Source: Bdellovibrionales bacterium (lineage in GTDB: Bacteria; Bdellovibrionota; Bdellovibrionia; Bdellovibrionales; JAUICD01). From it: DNA of 64,000 bases. The notes beneath the pieces are model-generated. The model worked only from the letters and a program-made list of their open reading frames with translations. It ran no database searches and was not told the DNA's origin. The DNA is taken from positions 2,016,001-2,080,000 of the forward strand of contig OZ241865.1 in NCBI GenBank assembly GCA_965203275.1, in the 5' to 3' direction. Position numbers and translations under genes: made by a program. Position 1 is the stretch's first letter, and every line of letters begins with the position of its first letter. Of this stretch, positions 60,633-64,000 are shown in pieces.

Positions 60633-62171
60633 CTATGGATTTATGCCCGTGGGGTTTATATCTGGGTTAATTTCTACAGAAGCACCTTTCCTCACATAAT
60701 CCCTCCATTCATTAAAGGTATCTTGAGCGTATGTCTTTTGCATAGTCTCTTTTAGAGCCATAAGCTCTTCTGGTAAAGGTGCAGAGGGTGTTTGCTTTTC
60801 TTTTAAACGTAAGATATAAAATATTTTCCCTTCTGAGATCAGCTGAGGATAAAAAGAAGAATCTGAATTAACTAAAGATAGAGCAGCTTCAACCACTTGA
60901 GAAGATTCACCCACTTTTGATATACTTTGACTATCTAAAGCATAAAAACCAGTCTCCTCCCAATCAACACCTTCAAAACGACCTATAATATCTGCAAGTG
61001 CATTTTCATCACCCTCTGCTAATACAGATCTTAGACGATCTATAATGCTTGCTTTCTCCTGCTCTACAAGTACTTCTCTTGCTACTTGTGCTTTGACATC
61101 ATCAAAAGATTTGGTTTGAGCTTCTTGACGATCTAACACTTTAATTAAGTGATAACCAAACTGAGTCTTAACAGGTGGACTAATTTCACCTATCTTCAAA
61201 GAAAAAGCCATATTTTCAAATGCAGGTACTAACTCCCCTCTTTTTTGATAGCCTAAGTCACCGCCTTTATTCTTAGAACCTGGGTCTTCTGAAAACTCTG
61301 ATGCGAGTTGACCAAAGTCTTCTGTTTTAGCTTTTTCTGCAATGGCTTGAATGCGAGATAAGGCTTCACTGTTGTTGTTTGATTTTTGTGATTCAAGTGT
61401 GTTCTGTTTATTATCTTTGAGGTCAGCGAGAGGATCAAACTCTTCACCTTTAATTAAGATATGTTGCGTTCGCACTTCAGCTGGTAATGTGTAAGAGAGT
61501 TCGTTTTTATTATAAACCTCTTGTAGCTTTTTTATGTTTTCTTCTTGTTGAAGATAAGCTGTTACTTGGGATGATGGAATATTCAAATACTCTATAAATT
61601 TCTCTTGATCTATTTTAATAAATTCAAGATTTAATTTGGTGTTTTGTAGTTGCCATTTTTTCTCAATCTCCATAGAGGTAGGAGACAAATGAACTTCAAA
61701 AAGTCGACGAACAATATCTGCACTTAAGTCTCTCTCCATTCGCTTTTCAAATTGAGCAGAGGAAATCCTTTGATATTGTAAAAAACTATTGTATCTAGAT
61801 CTTTGAAATCGACCATCTTCTTGGAAAACAGGTGCAGTTACAATAGAATCTCTCAAAAAGGCCGATGAAACAAATAAATTTTCTGTTTGTGTTATTTGAT
61901 AAATCAATTCTTGAGAGATCATTTGTTCTAAAGCTCCTGCACGGATTTGCTGATTCATTTCAGGTGTGATTTGAAATTGATCTCCAAACATCTGAGAATA
62001 ATAATTCATCATATTATTCACATTACTGTTATACTCTGTGATAGAAATAATAGAGTTATTAACTCTTGCAGCATAGCCTGATGTGCTTGGTCCAAAAGAA
62101 TAATCCCCCATAAACACAAAAACAAAACAAATTCCAGCAAAGAGAATAAATGCCATTGCTTTTTTGAACAT
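60633..62171 (-). CDS. ppiD: SurA N-terminal domain + parvulin PPIase (PpiD-like)
   Basis: N-terminal TM; AARVN; VRTQHILIK; SEDPGSKNKGGDLG; VKTQFGYHLIKV. Confidence 0.85.
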   Translation of the reverse strand: MFKKAMAFILFAGICFVFVFMGDYSFGPSTSGYAARVNNSIISITEYNSNVNNMMNYYSQMFGDQFQITPEMNQQIRAGALEQMISQELIYQITQTENLFVSSAFLRDSIVTAPVFQEDGRFQRSRYNSFLQYQRISSAQFEKRMERDLSADIVRRLFEVHLSPTSMEIEKKWQLQNTKLNLEFIKIDQEKFIEYLNIPSSQVTAYLQQEENIKKLQEVYNKNELSYTLPAEVRTQHILIKGEEFDPLADLKDNKQNTLESQKSNNNSEALSRIQAIAEKAKTEDFGQLASEFSEDPGSKNKGGDLGYQKRGELVPAFENMAFSLKIGEISPPVKTQFGYHLIKVLDRQEAQTKSFDDVKAQVAREVLVEQEKASIIDRLRSVLAEGDENALADIIGRFEGVDWEETGFYALDSQSISKVGESSQVVEAALSLVNSDSSFYPQLISEGKIFYILRLKEKQTPSAPLPEELMALKETMQKTYAQDTFNEWRDYVRKGASVEINPDINPTGINP

Positions 62172-62293
62172 TTTGACCTCTATTTTAAGCTATTTTATCT
62201 TGAAATATGATTGATTGTTAAATTATATTTGTTGTATCTTCTTAACAGCAAGTATAAAATAAACTTACTTAAAAAGTATAGGATTGTCAACAG

Positions 62294-63166
62294 ATGAAAT
62301 GGTTTGATTTTCGTAAAACTTTTCTTATATTGTTTGTAGTTGTTTTACCGCTACTCTCTCTTAATTTACAGCATAAGTCTTTAGATTGGTATGCACAACC
62401 TTTTGTCATACTAGCTTCTTATGTCCAAGATTTTTACTCTGGTATGACACAGAATATGCAACATACAATATCTTTTTATTCTAGCTTAATTCACACTCAA
62501 AAAGAAAACATCCAGCTAAAAAAAGACTTACTTAAAATGAATACATTGCAACTCCAATTAAAAGAAGTACAAATAGAAAATGAACGGCTAGAACAGATTT
62601 TAAATTTTAAAAACACTGTAGAACAGCCAACTCTTGCTGCTAGGGTCATAGCCCATGATTTGCTTTTTGGAACACACTCAACTATTCGTGTCAATCGAGG
62701 TAAGCAAGATGGAGTGGCTATAAACCAAGCTGTTATTACACCATTAGGGGCTGTAGGGGTTATACTCTATGTGGAAGATTCTTTTTCAGATATTCTTGTA
62801 TTGATAGATAGTCTTTCTACTATAGATGCTATTGTGCAGAGATCTCGTGTGCGTGGGGTGATCTCTGGTGGACAAAAAGGACTTTGTTCTTTGCAATATC
62901 TTAAGAGAACAGACGATATTCAAAAAGGTGATCTTATTATTGCAACAGGCTTAGATAATATTTTCCCTAAAGGCACGCCTATAGGCCATGTCATTAATGT
63001 GGAAAAAGAAAGCTACAGTATCACTCAGTATGTAGAAGTCAAACCTCTTGTAGACCCTTATCGTTTAGAAGAAGTATTGATTGTATTTAACTCCCCTTCC
63101 ACTACTGAAAAGTCTAACCAAGAAACAAAACTACTAGCAGGAAAGAGTGTATATTATGATCAATAA
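62294..63166 (+). CDS. mreC: Rod shape-determining protein MreC
   Basis: ENERLEQIL; AARVIA; VNRGKQDGV; TGLDNIFPKG; LEEVLI. Confidence 0.93.
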   Translation: MKWFDFRKTFLILFVVVLPLLSLNLQHKSLDWYAQPFVILASYVQDFYSGMTQNMQHTISFYSSLIHTQKENIQLKKDLLKMNTLQLQLKEVQIENERLEQILNFKNTVEQPTLAARVIAHDLLFGTHSTIRVNRGKQDGVAINQAVITPLGAVGVILYVEDSFSDILVLIDSLSTIDAIVQRSRVRGVISGGQKGLCSLQYLKRTDDIQKGDLIIATGLDNIFPKGTPIGHVINVEKESYSITQYVEVKPLVDPYRLEEVLIVFNSPSTTEKSNQETKLLAGKSVYYDQ

Positions 63167-63686
63167 ATGGAGTCTTTATACCAATGCTCTTTCTATTTTT
63201 TTGTTATTTGTTTTTTTTTGTTGCCTGCAAACTGCCCTTTTACCATACTTTATAAAAGTATCTTATAGTCCTAATTTATGGATTTGTTTTATAGTCTATA
63301 TAGCTCTTTTTAGAAATCTCTTTGAAAGTCTTATCTGGATTTATTTAAGCAGTTTTATAGGAACTATTTTTTCATACGCTCCTTTGAGTTTTTTTCTCAT
63401 CTGTCAGATCATTATTTTATTTTATGTGAGACGGATGAGTTTATTTGGTAGACAAGGTAAACATTTTTCAGTATTTTACAGTAGCTCTATTATTTTGTTG
63501 CATATTAGTATTTATGTGCTTTCTTTATCATTAAATCTCCAAGTCTCATATCCATTTGAAATTTTAGCTATTCTATGTCAAGTCTTATGGGCTTTGATTT
63601 TAGGTTATCCTATTTATCGTTTACTTAAATATATTGATGATGTTACAGATCAATCAACTTTCTTAGTGAGTTATAAAAAGTCCTAG
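63156..63686 (+). CDS. mreD: MreD-like membrane protein
   Basis: About five TM segments; QT...PNL motif; overlaps mreC end. Confidence 0.65.
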   Translation: MINKWSLYTNALSIFLLFVFFCCLQTALLPYFIKVSYSPNLWICFIVYIALFRNLFESLIWIYLSSFIGTIFSYAPLSFFLICQIIILFYVRRMSLFGRQGKHFSVFYSSSIILLHISIYVLSLSLNLQVSYPFEILAILCQVLWALILGYPIYRLLKYIDDVTDQSTFLVSYKKS

Positions 63687-63692
63687 GTTTTT

Positions 63693-64000
63693 TTTCACTA
63701 AAAGTGGTCTGACCTCTGTTTCACTCAAAGTGAACTGGCCTCTAGCCACTTTTGGACGATGACCACGTTTGTCTCACTAAAAATAAACCAGCCTCTGTTT
63801 CACTCAAAGTGAACTGGCCTCTGGCCACTTTTGGACAATGACCGCAAAGGCTTTCGCCTTTGACAAAATGGTCATTGTCTCAAAAGCCTGTTCACTTTGA
63901 GTAGGGAGGATCTCTTCGTTTCTTAACACCATGTTAAGGAAAACATCCTTCTAATAGTTAGCCCGACGGCTCTCGCCGTCGATCAAAGGCTAACTGCCTC
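63693..64000. repeat. Family A cluster with stacked ends; runs off the window end
   Basis: Three truncated heads then a full copy at ~63798-63942. Confidence 0.9.

Overview
AT-rich bacterial chromosome segment. The gene content (pal, type IV pilin, mlaEFD, pdxJ-glmM, dnaX-recR, Gld-like ABC exporter plus DUF4340, ppiD divergent from mreCD) fits a Bdellovibrionota/deltaproteobacterial-type organism, and the secreted ankyrin proteins hint at host association (both inferences). The dominant unexplained feature is a ~145-bp multi-branched palindromic element present in roughly 30 or more full and truncated copies. Its four stems each occur as several fully compensated sequence alleles mixed combinatorially, its hairpin loops are G(N)2-3A, it stacks into older copies at a fixed site, and one composite copy splits an Rpn gene just upstream of its internal ribosome-binding site. 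No cognate transposase is seen in the window. A probable defence island (12.4-24.9 kb) holds an AlbA_2/Schlafen-like gene behind a 4x tandem promoter/RBS repeat and four coiled-coil PD-(D/E)XK paralogues, with a Type ISP restriction-modification gene inside the array. Four exported proteins with two different passenger types share a conserved 'LWACA-x-SL' leader. A 1416-aa ankyrin/repeat/SpoIID lipoprotein carries a G22 tract. No rRNA, tRNA or CRISPR array was recognised.
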